In this document: positions 18,478 through 29,300 of the stretch, piece after piece | Position numbering within the stretch: position 1 is the first letter of the stretch | How the letters are laid out: every line of letters begins with the position of its first letter | Source: Candidatus Bathyarchaeota archaeon | GTDB taxonomy: Archaea > Thermoproteota > Bathyarchaeia > Bathyarchaeales > Bathycorpusculaceae | NCBI GenBank assembly: GCA_963828195.1 | Contig: CAWHDT010000003.1 | Location: forward strand, 96,001 to 160,000 | Length of the DNA stretch: 64,000 bases | Direction: 5' to 3' | The notes under the pieces: generated by a model | Told to the model about the DNA's origin: nothing | Databases searched by the model: none | What the model saw: the letters and a program-made list of their open reading frames with translations, nothing else | Made by a program: the position numbers and the translations under genes

Positions 18478-20457
18478 TCAATCTGAGGAGTCTATTTCGT
18501 CACTGGCATTTCCTTCAACTTTTACCTTTTTTTGAAAAGCAAGAACAACTACGACAACTGCGATAAAGATTACGGCTGCAACTGCTCCAAAAATTTCTTT
18601 TGCAACTAGACTTTGAGATTGAGTTTGTGTTGATAGATCCAGTGGATTCTGAGAAGGCAACGGCGTTGCTGATGGGTTGGGAGTAGTTGATCCTGATGTT
18701 GAAATGGAAGTTGCTGTGGGCATAGGCGTTGAAGTTGATTCGGGGGTTGGGGTGGCGGTGGGAGAAGGATTTGGTGTCGGTGACAGGCTTGGAGTTGATG
18801 TTGTCGTTGGGGTGGGAGTGGTTGTAGAAATAGTTGTTGGGGTTGGCGTCGCGGTTGGCGCTGGAGTAGAGGTTGGGGTCGGAGTGGCGGTTGGCTGAGG
18901 TGATGGAGACGGTGCTGGAGAGTCCACTGTAACCGAGGCGGCATTAGAGGCAGGAGAGGTAACTGGAGTTGAAGCGCTGTCAGTCACCTTGCAGGTAACC
19001 GTATGTGAGGTTCCCGCGGCAGTGTAAGAATAGCTTGCGCTGTTTGAGCCCACTTCAGAGCCATCCAAGTACCATTGATAATTAATGGTGCCTGAACCGC
19101 CGCCAGCTGTTGCGGTGAAGGTTTGAATCTGACCCGCAGTTAATGTAAGCGGGCCAACAGGAGTTATGCTCACAGTCGGCGAAGCAGCAACAGTAATCGT
19201 TGCAGCAGCGGACTTAACTGAAGTTACACCTAAACTGTCAGTAACCGTCACAGCAATAGAGTAAGGACCCAAAGAAACAAAAGAATAAGCAAGTGTTGAC
19301 GCGGTCTGGCCAGATAGCAAAACCCCATTCACATACCACTGATAACTCATGAAAGTTCCTGAACCACCGCTTGGAGTGGCAGTAAACGTCTCAGTCTGAC
19401 CATCATCCATAGCCAATGAAGTAGGCGACACACTTGCAGTTGGAGCAGAATTCGCTGTAACCGTTGCAGACGCAGTATCAGAACTGGCGTCAGTTACAAC
19501 GACAAATTGGGCACCGGTAGTGGAAGGAGTCACAGTAAAAGTCATATCCGAAGGAAGATTACCAGTCGTGCTTGTAGTGTGTGACCCGCTGAGGCTGACT
19601 GTGGAGCCACCGAAAGTAGCTGAAAGCAATGAGTTAGCGGCAAAGCCACTGCCAGTTACTGTAACTGTAATTGGCGAACCAATATCCCCCTCAAATGGAC
19701 TCAAGAAAATAGAAGTTGGAGTTATTGCGTCTCCGAACATCCACCAACTGCCGGCGGAGTAGCTGTAGCTAACGCTTTGTGTGCCTGCTGCAGTATTGAT
19801 TTGGTATTCTTGACCAGCGTTGATATTGCTTAGTTGAGCTTTGTCGTTGCCGCTTAAGTTTTGATTGTTGGGGTTGCTATTTGAGGTCCCCATTATGATG
19901 CCTACAATCAAATCATTGGAATTAATTGTTTTAACGGATACCGATTCAGAAGATCCGGTTCCCGACGCCTGAACTGGAGTAGCTAGGTTGCTGTCAAAGG
20001 GGCTGTTTGGATTTACGTTTGAGATTGATAAGCCCTCAAGAATCATTTCCCCAGTCGCTCCCATGCTCAATGTAATTGAATATTGAGTGTTGCTTGTCAA
20101 AGAAGCAGTGTTAACGTACCATGCAGTCAAAATGTAATTCGTTCCGCTAACTGTTTGCACCCCCGTTGTTGCCCTCTGGATCCACGTTAATCCGGAAGGA
20201 CCGCTTATAGTTGGGGTTGTTATTGATGAAGTGGATTCTACCGTTCCAAAAACGTAATAAATGCCCGAACTAGGTGCCTTAAGATTCAGGCTTAGACTAG
20301 TCACCGAGTTTGCACTCGTCTGTTGGTGGTCGGCTATGGCGATTGGAGTAGCTGGTGAAGCCTTAACTTGAAAATTCGCCGATGCGCAAATTATCAGCAA
20401 AACAAGAAGTGCTATTGTTATCATAATTTTTGGTTTCTTCAAGTTTTTTCCCACCAT
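18478..20457 (-). CDS. Cell-surface protein with Ig/PKD-like repeats, P/T-rich linker and C-terminal TM anchor
   Basis: Signal peptide, two FTATxxGGSG..YQWY..VTDS repeats, (PT)n linker, TM + KK. Confidence 0.85.
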   Translation of the reverse strand: MVGKNLKKPKIMITIALLVLLIICASANFQVKASPATPIAIADHQQTSANSVTSLSLNLKAPSSGIYYVFGTVESTSSITTPTISGPSGLTWIQRATTGVQTVSGTNYILTAWYVNTASLTSNTQYSITLSMGATGEMILEGLSISNVNPNSPFDSNLATPVQASGTGSSESVSVKTINSNDLIVGIIMGTSNSNPNNQNLSGNDKAQLSNINAGQEYQINTAAGTQSVSYSYSAGSWWMFGDAITPTSIFLSPFEGDIGSPITVTVTGSGFAANSLLSATFGGSTVSLSGSHTTSTTGNLPSDMTFTVTPSTTGAQFVVVTDASSDTASATVTANSAPTASVSPTSLAMDDGQTETFTATPSGGSGTFMSYQWYVNGVLLSGQTASTLAYSFVSLGPYSIAVTVTDSLGVTSVKSAAATITVAASPTVSITPVGPLTLTAGQIQTFTATAGGGSGTINYQWYLDGSEVGSNSASYSYTAAGTSHTVTCKVTDSASTPVTSPASNAASVTVDSPAPSPSPQPTATPTPTSTPAPTATPTPTTISTTTPTPTTTSTPSLSPTPNPSPTATPTPESTSTPMPTATSISTSGSTTPNPSATPLPSQNPLDLSTQTQSQSLVAKEIFGAVAAVIFIAVVVVVLAFQKKVKVEGNASDEIDSSD

Positions 20458-20835
20458 ATTTGTGCTGAATAAAAATCTGATGCCTCAAATGGCACTACGC
20501 TCAGAACTGAACGTTTCAAAAAACTGGAATTGGTTAATTATCGGTGAAAAGCAGAGTATTCTTAATTTATATAGATTGTTCAGGTCTTTTAAAGTTGTCG
20601 TCTGCTCGGTTTCTCTGTCAAAAACCGTCTGCTACTGATATTTTTCTCTTTTTCTTTTGAGGTTGAACTGTTTGAGTTACCGAAAACAAGCTAAAAGTAG
20701 GTGCGGAAGCCACAAACCCAGAGCATCTAGCGGTGCAAAAAGAGCGAGTGAAAAAATCTTTGAGCCAAGAACGATTAGCCACAGCGAAAGAATGCAAAAC
20801 CTAAATCGCCATAGGTTTTCAGGAGTTACCCACTG

Positions 20836-21021
20836 ATGACAGAAGAAAAGAAACTTGACAATTTAGATGTAACCTTGCAATTCAAAAAAGAAAACGGTGT
20901 TATAGTGACAGTATCGGCTAAATGTGGGTACTGGGAGAACATGCAAAAATTCTTAAGCGATTTCGAGAATACCCTTCTAAAGGGTAACGATGGAAAACCA
21001 CAACATAACAGCGAAACATAA
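20836..21021 (+). CDS. Hypothetical passenger protein
   Basis: 61-aa ORF with AGGAG upstream, inside the IS. Confidence 0.5.
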   Translation: MTEEKKLDNLDVTLQFKKENGVIVTVSAKCGYWENMQKFLSDFENTLLKGNDGKPQHNSET

Positions 21022-21202
21022 CATCAACATAGAAGTTAATGCTCCATGTCCGAAATGTGAAAAGGGGCATCTTTTACCTTTTATTCGTGCACGATACAAA
21101 AACGAAACGTCATATAACCCAGAAAAAGAGTTTGACCACTACGAAATATTTTATCGCTGTTCAAACTGCAACTACGCAGTAGAAAGCAATTCGTTCTTTT
21201 AG
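20990..21202 (+). CDS. Small zinc-ribbon protein (passenger)
   Basis: CPKC ... CSNC. Confidence 0.6.
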   Translation: MENHNITAKHNINIEVNAPCPKCEKGHLLPFIRARYKNETSYNPEKEFDHYEIFYRCSNCNYAVESNSFF

Positions 21203-21216
21203 CGCCATTTTTTCTA

Positions 21217-21360
21217 TTGGTGTTGAATTTGGCAAAGATTGATTTGGGTAGAAGTGAACTTAAGGCTTTCGTAAAAAGCGACAATTTTCTAAAGAAACCA
21301 GAAGAATTTGAGAAACTGTTAAGCGAATACGAAAAAAACCTAATAGAATTAGCTACGTAA
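21217..21360 (+). CDS. Possible small passenger ORF (47 aa)
   Basis: Manual translation MVLNLAKIDLGRSELKAFVKSDNFLKKPEEFEKLLSEYEKNLIELAT; fills the gap to the transposase stop. Confidence 0.3.
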   Translation: MVLNLAKIDLGRSELKAFVKSDNFLKKPEEFEKLLSEYEKNLIELAT

Positions 21361-21371
21361 CTGCTTCTGCG

Positions 21372-22496
21372 TCATTCTTTTTGTGAGAGGCAGTTTTTGT
21401 GTTTGCTTGCGTTCTGAATTAATGTTACCCACTTGTTTTTTCCCTCAATCGTTATTCCGCAAGCCTCGCTTGGAGTTTTGCCGTCTAGTGCCATGTGGGG
21501 TCTAATGTAGTTATGATAAAGTTGGTAGCCCTGCAATATTGCAGTTTCGTTGATTTTTAAGCCTCTCATTGTTTTTTCTCTGTCTCTAATTTCTCCGTTC
21601 ATCCTTTCCATTTTATTGTTGTGGATTGCACCTTTTAGCTGGATTTCTCGTATGTGGTTTGTTCCAGCAAAAACTTGTTGGCTTGCAACTGAATAGCTCG
21701 GCAGTGCATCAGTTATGAGGGTTTTGGGTTGTTTCCCCATCAACCGTTTAGCTTCCGTAAACAGTTTTCTTGCATCATGTTTATTCTTTGTTTCTGCGAC
21801 TTCTTGAGCTATCCAGAACCGTGTCTCATCATCCATCATAGCAAACAAATACTTCATGTTACCGTTAACTTTTACCCATAATTCGTCTGCTCTCCATTTA
21901 TCTGAAACATCGGGTTTGAATTGGTCAGCGTATTCCTTCATGAGTTTAACGTATTTGTTTATCCAGTTATAGACGGTTTGATGTGAAACCTCGACGCCTA
22001 ACAACCGCAAAGACGCCATTGTATTTCTTAACGATTCACCTGAAAAGTATAGTTGCATGGCAGATGTGATTGCTTGAGGATTATGCTTCATGCGTTCAAA
22101 ACCGATGTTGACTGTGAAGTAGTGGTGGCATTCTCGGCAATAGAATTTCTGGATGTTTCCTGTTTTGTTTTTTCGTTTGCCGTCTTTTTTGAGGTTGCTT
22201 GAACCGCAAAACTGGCAGATTCCAACGTTGACTTCTTGGATAACTCGGTTAGCATGAACCTCTTTTCTTAATGAGACTGAGAAGTCAACGGCGTAGATGT
22301 GTTTGCAGATTAGGTGTCGGTGCTGGTTGTCGGGGCAACTGCAAACCCATTCATCGTTGACCTTGCTTACGGTGTACTCTCCATTGTGGGATTGCGATTT
22401 TACGGTGTAGGTGTTTGCGTCTATGCGTCTGACTTGACCGTTTAGTTGGGCGATTGCTTGACCCCGTTCTTCCCGACTTGTTGTTAATGTTGCCAT
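21372..22496 (-). CDS. IS6-family DDE transposase with N-terminal SWIM and zinc-ribbon domains
   Basis: CSCPD..CKH (SWIM), CQFC..CREC, VSHQTVYNW, WRADE, MDDETR, ITD, NNKMER, HNYIRPHMAL. Confidence 0.9.
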   Translation of the reverse strand: MATLTTSREERGQAIAQLNGQVRRIDANTYTVKSQSHNGEYTVSKVNDEWVCSCPDNQHRHLICKHIYAVDFSVSLRKEVHANRVIQEVNVGICQFCGSSNLKKDGKRKNKTGNIQKFYCRECHHYFTVNIGFERMKHNPQAITSAMQLYFSGESLRNTMASLRLLGVEVSHQTVYNWINKYVKLMKEYADQFKPDVSDKWRADELWVKVNGNMKYLFAMMDDETRFWIAQEVAETKNKHDARKLFTEAKRLMGKQPKTLITDALPSYSVASQQVFAGTNHIREIQLKGAIHNNKMERMNGEIRDREKTMRGLKINETAILQGYQLYHNYIRPHMALDGKTPSEACGITIEGKNKWVTLIQNASKHKNCLSQKE

Positions 22497-22618
22497 TATA
22501 CTACACTTCTATTTTGTAGTATTAGTGATAACAGTTATAAATACTTTACTACACACGACATAACAACAACAAAAATAATAAATACTACAACAACATAACA
22601 GTTATTGGTGAAATAAAA

Positions 22619-22783
22619 GTGTCATTAGACGATAAAAAACAATTAGTAACTTCTTTACGGATAGACCCTGAAATCTGGAAAGAAGCAAAAGTAGCCGCAA
22701 TCCAAAACGACATGACCCTGACGCAATTGGTTGAGGAGGCAATAGAATGCTGGATAAAGACGAGGCAAGAAAACAAAAAATAG
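22619..22783 (+). CDS. Ribbon-helix-helix (ParG/CopG-like) DNA-binding protein
   Basis: Manual translation MSLDDKKQLVTSLRIDPEIWKEAKVAAIQNDMTLTQLVEEAIECWIKTRQENKK; divergent from the transposase. Confidence 0.75.
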   Translation: MSLDDKKQLVTSLRIDPEIWKEAKVAAIQNDMTLTQLVEEAIECWIKTRQENKK

Positions 22784-23259
22784 CCCAAAAACCAATTAAC
22801 GGCATAGACCTGCACTTTGCCTACGAATACACAGACTCCTTAAAAGAGTATTTTGAAAATGTAGATAAAGCTGAGACAAGGGATTTAGCGGTAATCGATA
22901 AAAAAGCTAAAGCCATGTTTTCTGATAAAACAACGCTATCTTACCTTCGCAATCTTGTAATTGAAGCTCATGAAAGTGCAAAAAACAATATGCTAACCAT
23001 TTTGGCTTGTGATTGCATTTATACGAAAATGGAGATTCTATCAAAAGCAGTTGTGGTATTGCTTGATAAAGTCAAGGAACTGCCTGACGCAAAAGATGTA
23101 CGGGAATTAAAGGATTTGCAGCAAAGATTAACCGTTATAGACTCAATCATGCAACAAGTGCAATCCCGAATAACTGCAAATGACAAAAACGCAGAACCAG
23201 AATCCAAAGCAAAAGACGCCACAAAAACGATTATAGGAGACAGTAGTTATGTCCGTTAA
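22747..23259 (+). CDS. Hypothetical helical passenger protein
   Basis: 170-aa ORF within the IS, overlapping its neighbours. Confidence 0.6.
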   Translation: MLDKDEARKQKIAQKPINGIDLHFAYEYTDSLKEYFENVDKAETRDLAVIDKKAKAMFSDKTTLSYLRNLVIEAHESAKNNMLTILACDCIYTKMEILSKAVVVLLDKVKELPDAKDVRELKDLQQRLTVIDSIMQQVQSRITANDKNAEPESKAKDATKTIIGDSSYVR

Positions 23260-23686
23260 TGCAATTGACGAAATTATAGATACATTTACTGAACTTAAGA
23301 GGGTTCATAACCTAAACATAGAGTTGCTAGAGCAACTTGACGTAGCATGCTCTTGGCTCTTAAGTCAAAACTCCTACTTGCCGAATGCTGAAAAATTGTA
23401 TGCCCTGCTTGCTAAAACTAAAGCGGTACTTACTGAGATTCAATCAGACGAACCCCGAACGCTTCAGTACAAAAAGATAACAGACGAAACTTTACATGAC
23501 CCCACAAACAGCCACGAACTTGACAGCACCATTGTTCAACGTTTAAAAAGTTGTTGGAGAGACCTACGATTAAATTCTGTTATGATGAAGTTAGTAAAAT
23601 CAGGTTTCTACGGATGGCAAATTAAACCGCGGCTTGAGCCTTATTTAGCTCCTTTATCAGCACGGGTAAATCCGTCAAAGAAGTAA
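23249..23686 (+). CDS. Hypothetical passenger protein reading out through the right TIR
   Basis: ORF crosses the IS end at 23530 and overlaps the convergent HAD gene. Confidence 0.5.
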   Translation: MSVNAIDEIIDTFTELKRVHNLNIELLEQLDVACSWLLSQNSYLPNAEKLYALLAKTKAVLTEIQSDEPRTLQYKKITDETLHDPTNSHELDSTIVQRLKSCWRDLRLNSVMMKLVKSGFYGWQIKPRLEPYLAPLSARVNPSKK

Positions 23687-24323
23687 CAAGGTAGTTCGCG
23701 CCGTTATTCTTCAGCTGCTCCATTGACGATACACCCGTCGGCATACCCACCGCGACGACCTTCAGTTCTCTCGCACTCTGCATGTCCACTACGCTGTCGC
23801 CGATGATAACCGCGGTCTGCGGGTTTGCACCTAACTCTTTAAGTGCAACTTCAAACTGCTCCGAATCAGGCTTAACGTACTTCACCTTGTCCCTTGCAAC
23901 CACAACATCGAAGCAGTCACATATCTTGAAGCGTTTAAGTATGTAACTTGCCGATTTCTCACTGCTTGTCGTGCACAAACCAATCTTTAGCCCCATCTGC
24001 TTAAGCTCCTTGAGCGTTTCAACGGCGCCTGGCATCAAGCTTGTACCGGCGGCAGCTTCCATCTCATATTTCTCAGCGATGGCCATCACTTGACCGCGGA
24101 TTTCATCAAACGCTAAGGGGAGTTTACCGTGTTTTCCGTTGTTTTTGACAAAAATTTCTGTTTTTGTGAGCATTTCAAAAATGCTTTCATTAACGTTTAG
24201 GAGCGACGCGGGAACGCCTGTCCGCATAAGGTACGTTCTGACTTCCGAGCGAAGAGTCTTGAAGTCCAAGTTAAAATTGGCAAGTGTCCCATCTAAATCA
24301 AAGATTACTGCTTCAATAGGCAA
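23622..24323 (-). CDS. HAD-superfamily hydrolase (phosphoglycolate phosphatase-like)
   Basis: IFDLDGTL, KPDS, IGDSVVD motifs. Confidence 0.9.
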   Translation of the reverse strand: MPIEAVIFDLDGTLANFNLDFKTLRSEVRTYLMRTGVPASLLNVNESIFEMLTKTEIFVKNNGKHGKLPLAFDEIRGQVMAIAEKYEMEAAAGTSLMPGAVETLKELKQMGLKIGLCTTSSEKSASYILKRFKICDCFDVVVARDKVKYVKPDSEQFEVALKELGANPQTAVIIGDSVVDMQSARELKVVAVGMPTGVSSMEQLKNNGANYLVTSLTDLPVLIKELNKAQAAV

Positions 24324-24460
24324 AGATTACTGGCTCCTTAGAGGGTGAAACTGGGTTAACACTAACTCTAGCAGACATATACTTTGCGGTAAAATTTTAT
24401 CTCCCAATTTTTCAGAAAATTCATGAAGTTTGGATAATCTGACCCGAAAAAAATAAGCTT

Positions 24461-25861
24461 TCAATTGCTTTTTGCTTTGGGAAGCCGTATAAAGAATTTG
24501 GTGCCCTTCCCCACTTCGCTTTCAAAGGTGACGGTGCCTCCTAACGCGTCAGTCATACGTTTAACAACGGCTAATCCGAAACCTTGACCTTTAGACTTTG
24601 TTGTAAACAGCGGCATGAAAAGCCTGCTTTCCGCTTCTTTGGGAATTCCGCAGCCCGTGTCGTCAACAGATAAGATGATGTCGCCGCCGTTTTGAAAGGC
24701 TCTTATGCATAGTTTCCCCCCTTCAGGCATAGCTTGAACTGCGTTAGTTATCAGATTAACCATAACCCGCTTTATTATATCGGGGTCAGAAGACAATTTT
24801 TTGGCGTCAGGTTCAACTTGGCAACAGGTCACCACGTTTTCTGGAATTTTAGCTTGTGAAAGCAATTCGTGGCAAACATTCTCCAGGTCAATTTCTTTCA
24901 TGTTCGGCTTAATCGGTTTGGCGTAGTCTTGGAGGTCCTGGACTATTTTGTTCACGTAGTCTATCTGGTTCTCTATCATGTCGAGGCTTTCTTTGAGGGA
25001 TTTCTTGGTTACGCTGTCTGAAAGGTCTTTCAACGCCTCCTGCGCCAAAAACACTTCACCAGCAATTGTCTGCAGAGGATTGCGGATATCATGCCCAACC
25101 ATACCTGCAGTAGCTCCAATAGCAGCTAACCGCTCCGCGTTTTTGCGTTCAGTTATATTCACGTTCGACTCGAAAATCTCAAGTATGTTACCGTTCCCGT
25201 CAAATTTAGCCAGCCAATAACTTTGAATTGAAACCTCGCGGCCAGATTTTGTTTCATGGCAGAGCTCGCCTGACCATTTCCCTTGTTTTTTGAGCTGTTC
25301 TTCTATGTTTTGAAATGATGATGAGAATTTTGTTTTAAAGAGCGCTCGACTTTTTTTGCCCAGAGCTTCCTCTTTTGTATAGCCGTAGAGTTTTTCTGCG
25401 CCTAAACTCCAGAAAGTTATCTTATCTTCAAGGTCTTTTATGATGATGGCGTCGGGGCTGAGATCTATAAGGGCAGCTTGCCTTTGAACTGCCTCATCTA
25501 GCTTTTTGCGTTCAACTGCATAGGTGATAGCGCGGGCCAAAAGAGCCCCCTCAAGTTTTCCTTTGTTTAAGTAATCCTGTGCACCTCTGCGAACCGCTTC
25601 GACGGCTTGAGCGTCATCTTTAAACCCAGTCAATACCACAATCGGCACCTGCGGGGCTACGGAATGTATATTCTCAAATGTGGCTAGTCCTTGGCTGTCT
25701 GGCAAGCCGAGGTCCAGCAATACAGCGTTAACGGAGCCTTCTGATAGGCGGCTTTGCCCTTTTGAGAGTCTATCCACATGCTCGATATTTTTCGCTGAGA
25801 ACTTTTCTTCTTTTAGCATCTCCTGAATTAGGCGGGCATCGCCAGGATTATCCTCAATCAA
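24461..25861 (-). CDS. Hybrid REC-PAS-histidine kinase
   Basis: LLDLGLPD (REC), PAS, HDIRNPL (H-box), NLITNAVQA, DTGCGI, FTTK, GQGFGL. Confidence 0.9.
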   Translation of the reverse strand: MIEDNPGDARLIQEMLKEEKFSAKNIEHVDRLSKGQSRLSEGSVNAVLLDLGLPDSQGLATFENIHSVAPQVPIVVLTGFKDDAQAVEAVRRGAQDYLNKGKLEGALLARAITYAVERKKLDEAVQRQAALIDLSPDAIIIKDLEDKITFWSLGAEKLYGYTKEEALGKKSRALFKTKFSSSFQNIEEQLKKQGKWSGELCHETKSGREVSIQSYWLAKFDGNGNILEIFESNVNITERKNAERLAAIGATAGMVGHDIRNPLQTIAGEVFLAQEALKDLSDSVTKKSLKESLDMIENQIDYVNKIVQDLQDYAKPIKPNMKEIDLENVCHELLSQAKIPENVVTCCQVEPDAKKLSSDPDIIKRVMVNLITNAVQAMPEGGKLCIRAFQNGGDIILSVDDTGCGIPKEAESRLFMPLFTTKSKGQGFGLAVVKRMTDALGGTVTFESEVGKGTKFFIRLPKAKSN

Positions 25862-25879
25862 GAGAATTTTAATGGGTTT

Positions 25880-26320
25880 TTACTCCTTCGGCGGCAGCTT
25901 AACTATGGTGAACCAAAACTCGTTTAATACATGTATTATTTCTGCGAAACGGTTGAGGTCAACTGGCTTTGTAATGTAGGCGTTGGCATGCAGGTTATAC
26001 GTCTTAATTATGTCTTCGTCAGCCTTAGAGGTCGTCAGCACCACTACTGGAATATGCTTAAGGTTTGGGTCTTGTTTGATTTCAGCAAGTACTTCGCGGC
26101 CGTCTTTTCTTGGCAAGTTGAGGTCAAGCAGTATCATGTCCGGCAGCGGTGCCTGTGAAAATCGGCCTTTTCTATGCAAAAATTCCATTGCCTCCACGCC
26201 GTCTTTAGCGACAAAGATTTCGTTTAGTACTTTTGCGTCTCTTAGTGCTTCTTTGGTTAAGCGGACGTCTCCGGGGTTGTCTTCAACGAGCAAAATGTCT
26301 ACGGGTCTTACTTCATTCAT
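25880..26320 (-). CDS. Single-domain response regulator (Rcp1-like)
   Basis: Start MNEVRPVDILLVEDNPGD at 26320; LLDLNLPRKDG, LTTS, ITKPVD. Confidence 0.9.
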   Translation of the reverse strand: MNEVRPVDILLVEDNPGDVRLTKEALRDAKVLNEIFVAKDGVEAMEFLHRKGRFSQAPLPDMILLDLNLPRKDGREVLAEIKQDPNLKHIPVVVLTTSKADEDIIKTYNLHANAYITKPVDLNRFAEIIHVLNEFWFTIVKLPPKE

Positions 26321-26324
26321 ATTC

Positions 26325-29300
26325 TCACAACTTCCTTTTACTGAGTGTAAAATAAATAGTTGAACCTTTCCCCGCCTGCGACTCGATCCAGATGCGTCCG
26401 CCATGGCGCTCCACGATTTTTTTGCAGACCGCCAACCCGATTCCGGACCCAGGATATTCTTCTCTGGTGTGCAGTCGCTGGAAAATCTTGAAGAGACGGT
26501 CATAGTACTGCGGGTCAATGCCGATTCCGTTGTCTCTTACCGCAAACTGGTATTCCGTGCCTTTATCCTTGGCTGAAACATGCACACAGGGCGGTTCTTT
26601 GCCGTGGAATTTGATGGCGTTGCCGATTAAATTCTGGAATAGCTGAACAAGTTGCCCTCCGTCCGCGCTGATAACTGGGAGTTTGTCGCGGGTTATGGTG
26701 GCTTTGTTTTCTGCGATTGATGCTTGCAGATTTTTAACAACGATGTCCAATGTTGACTCGAGGTTAGTCGGTTCAAATGGTTTGCCAAGCCTTCCAACCC
26801 GCGAATACGTCAAAAGATCATCGATTAATCCCCTCATCCGGTTGGCGCCATCCACAGCATATCCGATGAATTCGTCCGCTTCAGGATCCAATTTCCCCTG
26901 ATATCTGCGTTGAAGCAGCTGGACATAGCTTGCAACCATGCGAAGAGGCTCCTGCAGGTCATGCGAGGCAACGTAAGCGAACTGTTCCAGCTCAGAGTTG
27001 GATTGCCTGAGTTTTTCCATTGTCTGCCTAAGCTCGTTCTCCATGGCAACACGTTGAGTAATGTCTCTTGCCGCTGCAAAGACTCCCTGGATTCCGCCCT
27101 TTGGATCCCGATAGACTGATGCGTTGTATACGACATCGATTGTTTTTCCAGATTTATCCCTTATCGCTAAGGGATAATCCTTGACGAAGCCTTCTGTGAA
27201 AACCTGTTCGTACCCTGCTTTGGCTTTTTCGGGCTCGGTGAAGTAATCTGAAAAGTCGCTGCCGATAAGTTGTGTGCGTGAGCAGCCTGTGACGTCTTCA
27301 GTTGCTTTGTTTACGTCTGTTATTTTTCCTTCTGCACTAATAGTTACCAGTGGGTCAAGACTTGCTTCTAATAGGCTTCTTGAGTATAGAGATGCGGCTC
27401 TAAGTTCCTCTTCTGCTTTTTTGCGTCGAGTAACGTCAATGTCCATCTCAAGGATTAAGGGTGATCCGTCAACGTCGCTAAACGGAAAATCGTAAGCTTC
27501 AATGATACTGCCATCTGGACCAGTAACTTCCCACTGATGAGGCTTTCCGGTTTCCAATACCTTATAGCTTTCACAGAAGCTGCAGGGCTCTTTCTTTCCA
27601 AAACAATAATCGTAGCAGTGTCTGCCCTCGGACTCTCCGAATTTTTCACGGAAACTGCGGTTGGCAAAGACTACATGATGGTCAGGTGTTAGTAAGCAGA
27701 CCATGGTTGGCAGAGTTTCCAACACGTCAAAGAATCTTTTGCGTTCAGTTTGAGCCGCTGCTTCTGCCTTCTTGCGGGCAGTGACATCTCTCGCTGCGGC
27801 AAAAACTCCCTGGATCGTTCCCTTTTCATTTCGGTAAAGGTTAGCGTTGTACAGGACGTCAGTGACTTTACCTGATGTGTGGCGGATAGCCAGCGGATAA
27901 TCTTTTACGAATCCTTTGACAAAAACTTCTTGGTATCCTGCTTTGGCTTTTTCTGGTTCAGTGAAGTAATCGGAGAAGTCGCTTCCGACGAGTTCTTCTC
28001 TGGAAATGCCCGTTGCTTGTTCAGTAGCTTGGTTCACGTCTGTGATTTTTCCTTCGGCATTGATGGTTACTAGTGGATCTAAGCTCGCTTCAAGAAGGCT
28101 TCTGGCGTATTTTGAAGCGATACTTGCAGCCTCGCTCTTTCTGGCTGCTTCTTCAGCTTTTTTGCGTTGAGTGATGTCTGATCCGTAAATATTGACGTAT
28201 CCTTCGGAAAGAACTGGCGCTACCTTAAACTCGAACCAGCGCCCTCCAGCACTTTCTTCAAAGTCTAACCTACAGTTAGAAGTTAAGGCTTCGGTTACAT
28301 GACTGCGCCATTGCGTTCGGACGATTTGACCAACCTGCACGCTGATTGGCTTTGGAAGCCGCAAACTTTCCGCATTAGCGTACATAACCGTGCCGTCCCT
28401 GAAGATTCTGAGCACAGCAAAAGGATTTTCCGATGGAAACTTTGCGAGATTAAAAAGATCTTTTTCCGCTTTTTTGCGTTCCGTTATGTCGCGGAATATA
28501 AGCACCACACCCGAAATTTCTCCGTCTTTGCGCTTTATGGGTGCGCCGCTGTCGTCGATTGGAACCTCTTTTCCATCCTTTGTTATCAGCACCGTATGGT
28601 TAGCCAACCCAACTGTCACGCCTTCTTTGAGCACGCGCGTTACTGGATTCGCAACCTCGCTACGCGTCTGCTCGTTTACTATATGGAAGATTGTTTTCAA
28701 GGGCTTCTTTGAAGCCTCGGTCAGAGTCCACCCAGTTAACTTTTCTGCCACATTATTCATGAAAGTTATTTTGCCAGCTGTGTCCGTCGCAATAACAGCA
28801 TCCCCGACGCTGCTCAAGGTCGTTTGCCAGCTTTGCTCTCTTTCTAATAAGGCGTTCTGCTCTTTCTTGCGTTCTACAGCATTTTCAACTAGAACCCATT
28901 TTTTTCCCTGTTTAAGCAAAGTGCCTGCATGGTTTCTAACAACGTCCACCACGTCATTTCCGCTTGCGTTCTTGAGGCAATAAGTACATAACGCTAGCAT
29001 CCTATGTTGACCAATGACCGAGTTCACTGCTTCTTCGTAGTTAACAAAACTTTTCCAAAGGCTTCGTTCAACCCAAAATGTGTTGCCGGTAAGCCTAAGT
29101 CCCTCAAAACCATGTTTCAATGCGTCGGTTTCTTTTTTCACCCATCCTTGCAGCACCCGATCCGCATCGAATTTGCCGCCTAAAAGATACCAGTTCTCGT
29201 ATGAAACTATCTCTATCTGACCCTTCCGCAAATAAGCATCCAAGTCGGGAACGGCTTTTCGAAGCGCTTCTTCAGCTTCAGAGGCTTCCAGAGGCGAAGA

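Larger units (their letters stand above)
20583..23530. mobile_element. IS6-family transposon with passenger genes (2948 bp), 8-bp TSD ATTGTTCA
   Basis: ATTGTTCA at 20575-20582 and 23531-23538. Imperfect TIRs: GGTCTTTTAAAGTTGTCGTCTGCT (left) and GGTGCTGTCAAGTTCGTGGCTGTT (right, reverse complement). Internal DDE transposase. Confidence 0.85.

Noticed and set aside
25880-26518. 212-aa response regulator
   Set aside because: The N-terminal extension overlaps the kinase gene; the likely start is ATG 26320.
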